NCBI GenBank assembly: GCA_049472295.1
Contig: JBLIRM010000001.1
Span: 1-51,636, forward strand
DNA length: 51,636 nucleotides
Origin: a bacterium
GTDB lineage: Bacteria > SZUA-182 > DTGQ01 > JAFGSM01
Reading direction: 5' to 3'
Below are positions 1 to 9,193 of this stretch, one piece after another (the stretch's first letter is position 1; every line of letters begins with the position of its first letter). The notes below the pieces were generated by a model. That model ran no database searches. It was given only the letters and a program-made list of their open reading frames with translations, and had not been told where the DNA came from. The position numbers and the translations under genes are program-made.

Positions 1-553
1 AGGCATTGGGCTGGGCATGAAAACGCCGGCTTTCCGGATCGTGAAACTCCTTTTCACACAACTTACACATAGGAAAAAAATTCATGGAGGTATGTTTTCG
101 ATCATAGGGGACCTTTCTGATAATCGTGAGCCTGGGGCCGCATTGGGTGCAATTGATAAAGGGATAGCGATAGCGCCTGTCTGCAGGATTCGACAACTCT
201 TCCATGCACTCAGGGCATATTGCAAGATCAGGTGGGATAAAGACCTTGGGCTCCTCACCTCCCAGGCTTTCCCTGATAATGAAATCCTTTTCCCTTCTGG
301 GAGGTATGGTAGCTACGTCAAAACTGCTGATTCGTGCAAGGGCCGGGGGATTTGACCGGAGATCGGAAAGGAAGGCATCGATGTTTTCCTCCGCTCCCTC
401 CACCTCGATGGTCACACCCTTTTCGGTGTTGAAGACAAAGCCCTTTAAATCCTCTCTCTTGGCCAGCAGATAGATATACGGGCGGAATCCGATACCCTGG
501 ACCACCCCTTTGATCCATATACGTTTTCTGATATATAGCTCCCCCTGTAACAT
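1..553 (-). CDS. hypF: [NiFe]-hydrogenase maturation carbamoyltransferase HypF, N-terminal part (continues beyond left edge)
   Basis: Own translation of the minus strand from ATG at 553 gives MLQGELYIRKRIWIKGVVQGIGFRPYIYLLAKRE..., an acylphosphatase-like domain. It is followed by CxxC..CxxC zinc-finger repeats (CPECMEEL..CTQCGPR, then CKLCEKEFHDPESRRFHAQPNA). It is absent from the ORF track because no stop codon lies inside the window. It starts 15 nt after the hypB stop. Confidence 0.85.
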   Translation of the reverse strand, partial: MLQGELYIRKRIWIKGVVQGIGFRPYIYLLAKREDLKGFVFNTEKGVTIEVEGAEENIDAFLSDLRSNPPALARISSFDVATIPPRREKDFIIRESLGGEEPKVFIPPDLAICPECMEELSNPADRRYRYPFINCTQCGPRLTIIRKVPYDRKHTSMNFFPMCKLCEKEFHDPESRRFHAQPNA

Positions 554-568
554 GATTGCCACATCATC

Positions 569-1228
569 TCATTTGGCCTTTGCCTCAGCCACCCTTTTGG
601 AAAGCCATTCAGACCAGGCAGTTAAACCAGTGCCCTCCTTGCAGGACACATCAAATATCCGGATCCCGGGGTAGATCTTCTTCACCGTTTCTTTGGCCTT
701 TTTCATATCAAAGTTGACATAGGGCAGCAGATCGATCTTATTGATAAGAAGGGCCGTGGAGATGGAAAACATGAGCGGATACTTCCGGGGCTTATCGTCC
801 CCCTCGGCAACGCTCAGGATCATCATCTTATCATTTTCCCCGATATCAAACTCTGCAGGGCAAACCAGATTGCCGACATTTTCAACCACCAGGAGATCAA
901 GGGCATCCAGATCCAGGGATGAAAGCGCCTGACGGATCATGGGTGCATCCAGATGACATGCCCCTCCGGTATTTATCTGGACTGCAGGGATGTCCAGTGC
1001 GGCAATACGAGCGCTGTCACAGGTGTCCTGGATATCCCCCTCGATTACCCCGATATGGTAATGATCCTTGAGGCGACTCAGGGTTTTTTCCAAAAGTGAT
1101 GTCTTGCCTGCACCGGGGGAGCTCATCAGATTCATCACATATATCCCCTTTTCCGCAAAAAGGGCCCTGTTCTCATTAGCAATCTGCTGATTGGCTTTAA
1201 GAATATTCTTGACTACCGGGATCTTCAT
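569..1228 (-). CDS. hypB: Hydrogenase nickel-incorporation GTPase HypB
   Basis: 219 aa with a P-loop (SSPGAGKTSLL), a CH motif (GGACHLDA), ENVGNLVCP and NKIDL G-motifs. This is the typical HypB/UreG (SIMIBI) layout. Confidence 0.95.
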   Translation of the reverse strand: MKIPVVKNILKANQQIANENRALFAEKGIYVMNLMSSPGAGKTSLLEKTLSRLKDHYHIGVIEGDIQDTCDSARIAALDIPAVQINTGGACHLDAPMIRQALSSLDLDALDLLVVENVGNLVCPAEFDIGENDKMMILSVAEGDDKPRKYPLMFSISTALLINKIDLLPYVNFDMKKAKETVKKIYPGIRIFDVSCKEGTGLTAWSEWLSKRVAEAKAK

Positions 1229-1259
1229 CGTATTCTTACCCCTTTGTTGAGAAGTATAA

Positions 1260-1763
1260 TCAATCGGACCGTTTTGATAAAACTATCCCCATCCTATTCA
1301 GTTCCTCTTTCACCAGGGATTCCACCTTGGGAAGGCAGGACTTCAGGGTCAGAGTCAGTTCCATTCCCGTACCCTTGATATCTTCAGGGATCACAGCGAT
1401 GATCACTGTTTCGGGTGCCTCCCCCATCATCTCCGCTTTGAACAAAACATCCAGGAACTCCACCTCATGGGCACTCACATTATAATGCAGCGAGGTGGGA
1501 ATCGCATCCGGGCTGAACCGGTAAATGGACCCCGGTTGATCTTCCGCCTTGACGGTATCCACAACCAGCAGATATTCCGTCTGACAGATATCATCCATGA
1601 GCATATAACCCAGCGTGCCCCCATCCATGATCAGAACATCCTCTGGAAGACGGTATTTCTCCTTAAACTCCCGAACGAAATGCACACCGAATCCCTCATC
1701 CCTGAAAAGGATATTCCCAAGGCCCATGATCGTTAATCTGTACTTTTTTCCTGCGGCATTCAT
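1260..1763 (-). CDS. [NiFe]-hydrogenase maturation endopeptidase (HyaD/HoxM/HycI family)
   Basis: 167 aa. N-terminus is LTIMGLGNILFRDEGFGVHFV, followed by DGGTLG and a HEVEF-like metal ligand region, characteristic of hydrogenase large-subunit C-terminal proteases. Confidence 0.85.
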   Translation of the reverse strand: MNAAGKKYRLTIMGLGNILFRDEGFGVHFVREFKEKYRLPEDVLIMDGGTLGYMLMDDICQTEYLLVVDTVKAEDQPGSIYRFSPDAIPTSLHYNVSAHEVEFLDVLFKAEMMGEAPETVIIAVIPEDIKGTGMELTLTLKSCLPKVESLVKEELNRMGIVLSKRSD

Positions 1764-1798
1764 TTTTTAGGAACCAAATCTTTATTATTACATCTGAA

Positions 1799-2176
1799 TT
1801 ACGATTTGATCATGGACCTGCTATAGACCCATTTGGCATCCCGTTTGATCATCTTTGAAAATGCCCCTTTTTCTTTCAACAGATGTCTCCATTCTGTTAT
1901 GGTATAAACAAGGATCTCTGCCTGTACAGGCAGGGCATGGAGATCCCATTCCAGACTGCGCCGCTCAAAAGGCAAATCAGAGGCTTCCACAATGGCGATC
2001 AAATCCAAATCGCTCCCTACACCCCAGTCACCCCTGGCATATGAACCAAAATATCCCAGTTGTATAACGTCAGGATGCCTTTTGATCTCCTTTTTCACCC
2101 AGCCCTGAATCGCCAGTAGGACCTTTTTTTGATCAGGCCATCTTATGATGGACGAACTCGATGATTTCACCGGCAT
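1799..2176 (-). CDS. Minimal nucleotidyltransferase (MNT) domain protein, putative antitoxin partner of the HEPN protein
   Basis: GSYARGDWGVGSDLDL fits the G-S-x9-D-x-D polymerase-beta-type NTase motif. The ORF-track start at 2326 lies deep inside the HEPN gene. I chose the internal ATG at 2176; a GTG at 2170 is also possible. The start is uncertain. Confidence 0.7.
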   Translation of the reverse strand: MPVKSSSSSIIRWPDQKKVLLAIQGWVKKEIKRHPDVIQLGYFGSYARGDWGVGSDLDLIAIVEASDLPFERRSLEWDLHALPVQAEILVYTITEWRHLLKEKGAFSKMIKRDAKWVYSRSMIKS

Positions 2177-2516
2177 ATTGGATTGCCTCATTGCTTTGGA
2201 GCGGCCCATAGTGTTCAAAAGGGGCCCCCTCCGGATGCCCGTTGACATAACGGGTGGGGATATAGAAATTGTCGAGTATTTTTGCCTTTTCGATAAGGTC
2301 ATCAGGAACAGGTATCGGAAGCTCAATGAGTAAGCGGGCTACCACATGTCCCCATGCCTCCTGGTGCAAATGGAGATGAAGCCCCTTGACCGCCTTTTCA
2401 GCGCTCTGCTGGGCAGCAAAACATGCCCATTCATGGCGTCCCTCAGACTGTGATGATTTTGCCTGTTCTAAGTCCCTTGCTGCCTGGGACAACCAATCTC
2501 CGGCACGTTGTACCAT
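2133..2516 (-). CDS. HEPN domain protein (putative RNase toxin)
   Basis: 127 aa, helical, with an R-x4-H motif (TRYVNGH) near the C-terminus. It is immediately followed by, and overlaps, the MNT gene. Confidence 0.8.
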   Translation of the reverse strand: MVQRAGDWLSQAARDLEQAKSSQSEGRHEWACFAAQQSAEKAVKGLHLHLHQEAWGHVVARLLIELPIPVPDDLIEKAKILDNFYIPTRYVNGHPEGAPFEHYGPLQSNEAIQYAGEIIEFVHHKMA

Positions 2517-2625
2517 AATTCAAGTGTTTCCTGTAATTAAGTGAATAAAAAATCAATCGGATGCAATGATAGGACTAAGGATATTTTAAATAAAAATAAC
2601 ACATATTGTAATATTGAGTCAAAAA

Positions 2626-2770
2626 TGATGGACTCGTAAAGAGTCATTTATTGAGTCCTTGCGAGGAGCGAAGCGACGAAGCAATCTAATAAATACAATG
2701 AGATATGACATGCGAGATTGCTTCACTTCGTTCGCAATTACATTCTTTTGGACTTTTTACGAGTCCATCA
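2626..2770. repeat. 145-bp imperfect palindrome made of two inverted copies of a ~66-nt interspersed repeat unit
   Basis: The left end tgatggactcgtaaagagtc (2626-2645) is the reverse complement of the right end gactttttacgagtccatca (2751-2770). The inner segments ttgcgaggagcgaagcgacgaagcaatct (2659-2687) and gagattgcttcacttcgttcgcaat (2714-2738) are also inverted. The right arm is ~90% identical by eye to 33348-33413. Confidence 0.75.
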
Positions 2771-2816
2771 AAAATAACTTAAAAAAATAGACCTTTTACG
2801 TCCTCTTTAACCCTCT

Positions 2817-3494
2817 CTAAAGACAATAAACCACAAAAATCCCCGCGAGGAAATAAAGGACCTTCAGGGGTGAGAATTTAAAGGGATAGGGGATACGAAA
2901 TTCCAAAATCCCCTGGAATAGAATCACTGCGGTGGAAAATGAGAAAAGAAATCCGACATGCACCGGCCGCAACAGGTTAGAGAAGCGATACAGAACCAAT
3001 ATGGTTATTGGTATGGACAAGGAATTCAAAAACAATCTCTCAAAAAATTCTCCCTTGCTCAACTGAGGGACTCGGTTCATAAAGCCTTTGATGCCTTGAA
3101 CAAACTGGGCTGGAACCCCGACAATAGTGGCAATCAGTGCCACTCTGATGCTTCCCAAACCAACCAGTATTCCCAGACTCAAGGCATAGAGAAATATAAG
3201 GGACCTCTGTCCCCATCCGGGTGTCAATATAAACCGATCAGGTCTTCCGAACTCCCATAAGACCATGAGTCCGGAAATCGTCACAAGAAAAATCACTGGA
3301 GACCATGAAAGCCTTCTCATAGAGAAAGGTATCAGATGAATCAAGGCCATCGACAAAAGGGCACCGGATGAAAAGGGCTGAAAAATACGCAAAAGATTGT
3401 GTCTGCCGCGATCCTGGAAAAAAAGGGTAATCAGCCCTCCTTCAAAATGCGAAAGCCCTAAAATAAGACCGAAAAAGAAATAGAAACGGATCAT
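2817..3494 (-). CDS. Polytopic membrane protein, possibly a ZIP-family metal permease
   Basis: 225 aa, about 7 hydrophobic segments. The HFEGG motif (LGLSHFEGGLI) resembles the HNxPEG motif of ZupT-like proteins. The similarity is weak and judged by eye only. Confidence 0.4.
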   Translation of the reverse strand: MIRFYFFFGLILGLSHFEGGLITLFFQDRGRHNLLRIFQPFSSGALLSMALIHLIPFSMRRLSWSPVIFLVTISGLMVLWEFGRPDRFILTPGWGQRSLIFLYALSLGILVGLGSIRVALIATIVGVPAQFVQGIKGFMNRVPQLSKGEFFERLFLNSLSIPITILVLYRFSNLLRPVHVGFLFSFSTAVILFQGILEFRIPYPFKFSPLKVLYFLAGIFVVYCL

Positions 3495-3793
3495 TTATCT
3501 TTTCTATGACATTGCAATATAAAAGTCAACCACGGTTTATTCCGGATTTTTCTTTTATAATATGATTTTTTATTTTATTTTCAGCGGAATTATCCATTGA
3601 ATATTCCCCATGATTCCTTTAGTATCTTGCTTTTTCTCACGAAATGGACAAGTAATATACCTTGACATCCTTTGAGATGGTATGATAGAGTGATATTCTG
3701 TATATGCATTGATTTGTTTATAATAATCGGGCCTTAGAAAAAAAACCGGCCGGGTTTGTGAGTGGAAAGTTTTAAAGAAAGGAGATCTAAAAA

Positions 3794-5377
3794 ATGTTCA
3801 GGGAACGCGATCTCAAAAGAGCAATCTGGACATCCATTGTGTTACTAATGTTCCTGATACCCTCCGTCTCCCTTGCCCAAATCCCAGAAGAGGCAGAAAT
3901 CCACAATCGTTTAGGCAATGAATATTGTGATAGCGGGGAATTCAAAAAAGCGGTTATGGAGTATGAACAGGCATTGAAGATCTACCCGCAATATGTGGAT
4001 GCATATTATAATATCGCTGTAACTTATTATAACGATCTGAAGGATTATCAAGAGGCTGCGAACTATTTTCAAAAATTTTTGGAGTTCGAATCGGATACAC
4101 CGGACGCCAAAGATATCAAAAAATGGCTCACAGAGATAGAAAAAAAACATGGCATCAAACCCAAATCCCTTCCTCCTGAAAAAAAGGCTGAACCTGTAAA
4201 GGAGGTCGTCACACCTGCCCCACCCCCTGAAACAGTTGAACCCGTAAAAGAAGTGGCCAAACCTTCCCCACCCCCTGAAGAACTGAAAAAAGCGACTCTC
4301 ACACCACCCACACCTCCACCCTCCGCAGTTCCGGAACCGCCCACCAAGGCCATTGCAACACCACCTCCGATTCCTTTAACACCCCCTTCTCCCCCTGTTC
4401 CGGGGGTTCCTCTGCCCCAGAAACAGCAGGAAAAGCCCAAGATGGCAGCCCGAGAGGACAAAGAAAAAGAAGAGATATATAAAAGGGCTTTGGCATATAA
4501 AAACAGAGGCAATCTTTACAGCAAGCAAGGGAAACATCAGATGGCGGTCAGAGAATATCTCAAGGCCGTCGAACTGAGGCCAAACTACACCGATGCCCTT
4601 TATAACTTGAGTAAAACCTATGACTTCAATTTGAACGATAAAGAAAATGCCATCAAGCACTATGAAGCCTTTCTGCAATATGAACCTTCCAATAGCCGGG
4701 ATGCAAGGCAGGTTCAAACCTGGCTTACAAAGGCAAAGATGGATTTGGCAAGCAGTAAAAAGGCGCCTCCCAAAGTGATCACAGCGGTACCCGAGGTACA
4801 AGAGCCAAAGGTCCCTACAGTGAGTGCAAAATACGAAAGCAAGCCTTTTACCAAAGGGCTTTTGGAGAAACCCATAGAGGTGGCATCCGTCTCTCCTGAA
4901 CCCTCTGTGCCTGTTGTACCGAAAGTCATAGCACCTCCAGTGCCGGTAGCCATCCCTGCACCTGGGGCATCTCGGCCGTCTCTGGCACCCGCTGTGGATA
5001 GTGCCATGCTGAAATCCTATACCCCCAAGGAACTAAAGTCGATCCAGTACTCCATTATGCTCAGGGCGGAAATGAGAAATGAACTCATGGATATCTTCAG
5101 GTCCAAAAATGCATCCGAACCCGATAAACTGGCCCAGCTTTTTCTCACAAAACTCAAACAGGAGACACTGCCATCGGGCGATGAAATAGCCAACATCGAA
5201 GTCCCGGGCAGTCTCCTTGCGAATATCGAAAAGGTCAATATACTTTCATATACAGACAGGATAACGCTCAATAATGAAAAGGGCAGTCTCTTAAGGTCTC
5301 CACAAACACCGGAGAGCAAAGAACGGTTACGAGAAATCAATCAGATCCTGGAAGACGGATACGAAATCAAACTCTGA
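3794..5377 (+). CDS. Secreted/periplasmic TPR-repeat protein with proline-rich linkers
   Basis: Contains a signal-like N-terminus (IWTSIVLLMFLIPSVSLAQ). There are two TPR blocks (EYEQALKIYPQYVDAYYNIAVTYY and REYLKAVELRPNYTDALYNLSKTY), separated and followed by PxP-rich segments. AAAGGAG lies 9 nt upstream of the ATG. Confidence 0.8.
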   Translation: MFRERDLKRAIWTSIVLLMFLIPSVSLAQIPEEAEIHNRLGNEYCDSGEFKKAVMEYEQALKIYPQYVDAYYNIAVTYYNDLKDYQEAANYFQKFLEFESDTPDAKDIKKWLTEIEKKHGIKPKSLPPEKKAEPVKEVVTPAPPPETVEPVKEVAKPSPPPEELKKATLTPPTPPPSAVPEPPTKAIATPPPIPLTPPSPPVPGVPLPQKQQEKPKMAAREDKEKEEIYKRALAYKNRGNLYSKQGKHQMAVREYLKAVELRPNYTDALYNLSKTYDFNLNDKENAIKHYEAFLQYEPSNSRDARQVQTWLTKAKMDLASSKKAPPKVITAVPEVQEPKVPTVSAKYESKPFTKGLLEKPIEVASVSPEPSVPVVPKVIAPPVPVAIPAPGASRPSLAPAVDSAMLKSYTPKELKSIQYSIMLRAEMRNELMDIFRSKNASEPDKLAQLFLTKLKQETLPSGDEIANIEVPGSLLANIEKVNILSYTDRITLNNEKGSLLRSPQTPESKERLREINQILEDGYEIKL

Positions 5378-5445
5378 TCATCCTTCTTCAATTTGGTTAC
5401 GTGATCCATTTCTTGTTTTCGGAATATAAAAGGAGATTTTTAAGG

Positions 5446-5712
5446 ATGCACCCTGACAAATCAAAACTCATCGATTCAATCCGCGCAAAGAATAGAGAAT
5501 TCAGGAGACTCGAAGAAAAACACAAGGAATACGAGGCAAGACTGGATGAACTCGTGAAACATTCATACCTTAGTCCAACGCAGGAAATGTTGAAGCAGGA
5601 GATAAAGAAGCAGAAACTGTGGACAAAGGACAGAATGGCGGAAATAATCCAAAGGTCCCTTTTCACAGAAGGGATCCAAAGTGATGAGTCTGCACACGGA
5701 GAACATATATAA
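5446..5712 (+). CDS. DUF465 (YdcH-like) small coiled-coil protein
   Basis: The ATG at 5446 is preceded by AAAGGAG. The sequence MHPDKSKLIDSIRAKNREFRRLEEKHKEYEARLDEL...LSPTQEMLKQEIKKQKLWTKDRM matches the DUF465 pattern as I remember it. The track start at 5401 lacks an RBS. Confidence 0.65.
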   Translation: MHPDKSKLIDSIRAKNREFRRLEEKHKEYEARLDELVKHSYLSPTQEMLKQEIKKQKLWTKDRMAEIIQRSLFTEGIQSDESAHGEHI

Positions 5713-5730
5713 TGAATAGGAGTATATCCA

Positions 5731-7395
5731 ATGAAAAGGATGAAAAGTCAAAACATTCTCTCCGGCATTGAGCGGGCACCTCATAGGGCACTCTTGTATG
5801 CCACAGGATTCCCGCGCTCTGCTTTAAACATGCCGCTGATCGGTCTTGTGTCATCCTTTACCGATCTAATTCCCGGTCATGTGGGTATGAGAGATCTGGA
5901 ACGCTTTATCGAAAAAGGTATCCATTCAGGTGGGGGGTATTGTTTTATTTCCAGTGTCCCCGGTATCTGCGATGGGATTGCCATGGGACACTCAGGCATG
6001 AACTATTCCCTGCCTTCCCGAGAGCTGATAGCGGATATGATCGAAAGCATTATCATGGCCCATTCCCTGGATGGCATTGTCCTGCTCACCAATTGTGACA
6101 AGATTACCCCTGGCATGTTGATGGCTGCTGCCAGAATCGATTTGCCGGCCATTGTGGTCACCGCGGGCCCGATGCTCTCTGGGAGACATCGGATGCGCAG
6201 GCTATCACTGGTAAGGGACACCTTTGAGGCTGTGGGTCGCTATCGAAAAGGCGAGATATCCGAGCAGGAATTGTCAGACCTGGAAATTTCCGCATGTCCC
6301 GGGGTCGGTTCCTGTCAGGGGCTCTATACCGCCAATACAATGGCCTGTATGACCGAGGCATTAGGGATGTCACTCGCCGGTTCTGCCACGGCCCTTGCCG
6401 TATCGGCACAAAAGAAGCGATTTGCTTTCGAAAGCGGAAAAAGGGTGGTGGAACTCGTAAAACAGGGTGACACGGCCGGAAAATTCATGACAAAAGAGGC
6501 ATTTGAGAATGCCGTCCGTATGGATATGACATTAGGCGGGTCTACAAATACGGCCCTTCATCTGCCTGCAATAGCTTCTGAAGCAGGGGTAGAACTGACA
6601 ATGGACCTTTTTGACGCCATCAGTCATGACACACCGCACATCACCAACCTCCGTCCGGGGGGAGAGCATTTCATGGAAGATCTGGATGCTGCCGGAGGTA
6701 TCCCTGCCGTGCAAAAAAGGATCAAGGAAAAGCTTCATGATACGCCAACCGTCACAGGGCTTTCCACCCATCAGATTGCAGACCAGGCCCAGATCTATGA
6801 TGAGGATATAATCAGATCCGTAGACAGGGCTTATCATTCTGAGGGGGGTATGGCTGTGCTCAAAGGGAATCTGGCACCTGACGGCTCCATTGTAAAGCAA
6901 TCGGCAGTCCAACCGGAGATGATGTCTTTTGAAGGAAAGGCTCATTGCTTCGATGCCGAAGAAGAGGCCATGAAGGCCATTATGGGGGGTAAAGTGAACC
7001 CCGGCGAAGTGGTAATTATCCGTTACGAAGGTCCGAAGGGAGGACCCGGCATGCGCGAGATGCTTTCTCCCACTGCAGCAATTCAAGGCATGGGGCTTGC
7101 GGATTCAGTGGCATTGATTACGGACGGCCGTTTTTCAGGCGGCACCAGAGGGCCCTGTATCGGTCATGTCTCCCCTGAGGCCATGGAGGGTGGACCGATC
7201 GCCCTGATACAGGATGGCGACCCCGTTCGAATCGATATACCGAAAAGAAGGCTCGATCTTCTCGTATCCCAAGAGGAACTGGAACGCCGGAGAAAAGGCT
7301 GGAAGGCGCCTTCTCCCAAGAGGAAATCGGGGTATCTTGCCCGTTACAGCAAGCTTGTCACTTCGGCAAGCACCGGGGCGATTTTCAAAAGATAG
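5731..7395 (+). CDS. ilvD: Dihydroxy-acid dehydratase
   Basis: 554 aa with [21 protein letters not shown] and TDGRFSGGT motifs of the IlvD/Edd family. Confidence 0.95.
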   Translation: MKRMKSQNILSGIERAPHRALLYATGFPRSALNMPLIGLVSSFTDLIPGHVGMRDLERFIEKGIHSGGGYCFISSVPGICDGIAMGHSGMNYSLPSRELIADMIESIIMAHSLDGIVLLTNCDKITPGMLMAAARIDLPAIVVTAGPMLSGRHRMRRLSLVRDTFEAVGRYRKGEISEQELSDLEISACPGVGSCQGLYTANTMACMTEALGMSLAGSATALAVSAQKKRFAFESGKRVVELVKQGDTAGKFMTKEAFENAVRMDMTLGGSTNTALHLPAIASEAGVELTMDLFDAISHDTPHITNLRPGGEHFMEDLDAAGGIPAVQKRIKEKLHDTPTVTGLSTHQIADQAQIYDEDIIRSVDRAYHSEGGMAVLKGNLAPDGSIVKQSAVQPEMMSFEGKAHCFDAEEEAMKAIMGGKVNPGEVVIIRYEGPKGGPGMREMLSPTAAIQGMGLADSVALITDGRFSGGTRGPCIGHVSPEAMEGGPIALIQDGDPVRIDIPKRRLDLLVSQEELERRRKGWKAPSPKRKSGYLARYSKLVTSASTGAIFKR

Positions 7396-7528
7396 AGGTT
7401 ATAATACTCGATGTGACATCATCGATTTACATATATATGAATTATTATTTTTTTAATAATTCTGTTATAATTATTTTTATCAGATCATCTTAAAAAATCT
7501 TGGACTGCAATTGGGAAATGAAAAAGGG

Positions 7529-9193
7529 ATGAACGGATCACAGATCTTTTTAGAAAGCCTCAAAAAAGAAGGGGTCAAACACATCTTCGGCTTTCCGGGC
7601 GCAACTGTTTTAGGGATATATGACCTGCTCCTGGATTTTCCGATCCAGCATATCCTGGTGCGTCACGAACAGGGTGCTATCCATGCGGCCGACGGATATG
7701 CCCGGGCAAGCGGAAACGCAGGTGTATGCATGACCACTTCTGGCCCAGGTGCCACGAATATCGTGACCGGTCTTGCAACGGCATATATGGATTCCGTACC
7801 TGTGGTTGCCTTTACCGGCCAGGTCCCAACCAGCATGATCGGAAATGATGCCTTTCAGGAGGCGGATATTGTCGGGATCACAAGGTCTATTACAAAGCAC
7901 AATTACCTGGTCAGGGAGATCAAGGATCTGGCCCATACAATAAAGGAGGCATTCCTCATCGCAACCACCGGGAGGCCGGGGCCTGTCCTGGTGGACCTGC
8001 CCAAGGATGTCCTATGGGATACATACAACTTTCATTATCCGAAAGAGGTCCAGATCCGGGGATATAAACCCACCTATCACGGGCATCCGAAACAGATCAG
8101 CATGGCTGCAAAATTGATCAATCAAGCCAAGAGGCCTGTGGTTTACATGGGTGGAGGTGTGATTGCCTCCGGTGCTTCAAAGGAATTGACGGCTTTGGTG
8201 GAAAAGGGGCATATCCCTATTACCAGCACATTAATGGGATTGGGAGGGATTGATGCCAATAGCCCTTATTTCCTCGGTATGTTGGGGATGCACGGGACGA
8301 AATATGCCAATCTGGCTGTGACTGAATGCGATCTTCTGATTGGGATCGGGGCCCGGTTTGACGATCGAGTTACCGGAAGACTGGACAAGTTTGCGCCCGG
8401 TGCAACCTATATTCATATCGATATCGATCCGACAGCCATTAGTAAGAATATCAGGGTGCAGGTCCCCATTGTCGGGGATGCCAAAGCAATCCTTTCGAGT
8501 CTTGTAAAGGAGATCGAACCCGTGGACCGGTCGCAATGGCTTGACCGGATACAGACATGGAAGAATGAGTTTCCACTCAGTTATGAGTGTTCCGAATCGA
8601 TCATAAAACCACAGTGTGTGGTGGAAGAGATATACGAACTGACCAAAGATCGCAATACCATCATTGCCACAGAGGTAGGTCAGCATCAGATGTGGGTAGC
8701 CCATTATTACAGATTTTCCAAGCCCAGAACCCTCCTTACATCCGGGGGGCTGGGCACGATGGGATATGGGTTTCCTGCGGCCATCGGCGCCCAGGTGTCA
8801 AAACCGGATGCACTGGTCATTGATGTGGCGGGTGACGGGAGCTTCCAGATGGTCTCACAGGAACTGGCCACTGCGGTCCAGTTTAATCTGCCGGTCAATG
8901 TGGTGATATTGAACAACCAGTTCCTTGGAATGGTGAGACAGTGGCAGGATCTGTTCATGAAAAAAAGGTATTCCGGGACCTGCCTTGAATGCTCCCCGGA
9001 TTTTGTGAAACTGGCTGAAGCCTATGGTGCGGTGGGCCTAAGGGCACAAAAACCGGATGAATTGCGACCTGTTCTCGAAGAGGCATTCGCTACCAATAAA
9101 CCGGTAGTAGTTGATGTCCATGTGGCCAAGGAGGAGAATGTCTTCCCCATGGTCCCTGCAGGAGCCGGAATCGAGGAGATGATCCTGCCATGA
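7529..9193 (+). CDS. ilvB: Acetolactate synthase (AHAS) large subunit, copy 1
   Basis: Carries RHEQGA (catalytic Glu), GPGATN and the ThDP motif GDGSFQM..NN. I prefer the ATG at 7529 (MNGSQIF..) over the TTG at 7511. Confidence 0.93.
   Translation: MNGSQIFLESLKKEGVKHIFGFPGATVLGIYDLLLDFPIQHILVRHEQGAIHAADGYARASGNAGVCMTTSGPGATNIVTGLATAYMDSVPVVAFTGQVPTSMIGNDAFQEADIVGITRSITKHNYLVREIKDLAHTIKEAFLIATTGRPGPVLVDLPKDVLWDTYNFHYPKEVQIRGYKPTYHGHPKQISMAAKLINQAKRPVVYMGGGVIASGASKELTALVEKGHIPITSTLMGLGGIDANSPYFLGMLGMHGTKYANLAVTECDLLIGIGARFDDRVTGRLDKFAPGATYIHIDIDPTAISKNIRVQVPIVGDAKAILSSLVKEIEPVDRSQWLDRIQTWKNEFPLSYECSESIIKPQCVVEEIYELTKDRNTIIATEVGQHQMWVAHYYRFSKPRTLLTSGGLGTMGYGFPAAIGAQVSKPDALVIDVAGDGSFQMVSQELATAVQFNLPVNVVILNNQFLGMVRQWQDLFMKKRYSGTCLECSPDFVKLAEAYGAVGLRAQKPDELRPVLEEAFATNKPVVVDVHVAKEENVFPMVPAGAGIEEMILP

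Noticed and set aside
17-518. Track ORFs 17-355 (+), 204-473 (+) and 318-518 (-) at the left edge
   Set aside because: All overlap the clearly recognisable hypF N-terminal reading frame (minus strand, from ATG 553). They have no family-like sequence features and are shadow or alternative-frame ORFs.
4069-4512. 147-aa Gly-rich ORF (and neighbours 4299-4496, 4376-4801) antisense to the TPR gene
   Set aside because: The Gly runs are simply the complement of the Pro-rich (CCN) linker of the TPR protein. No RBS, no independent signal.
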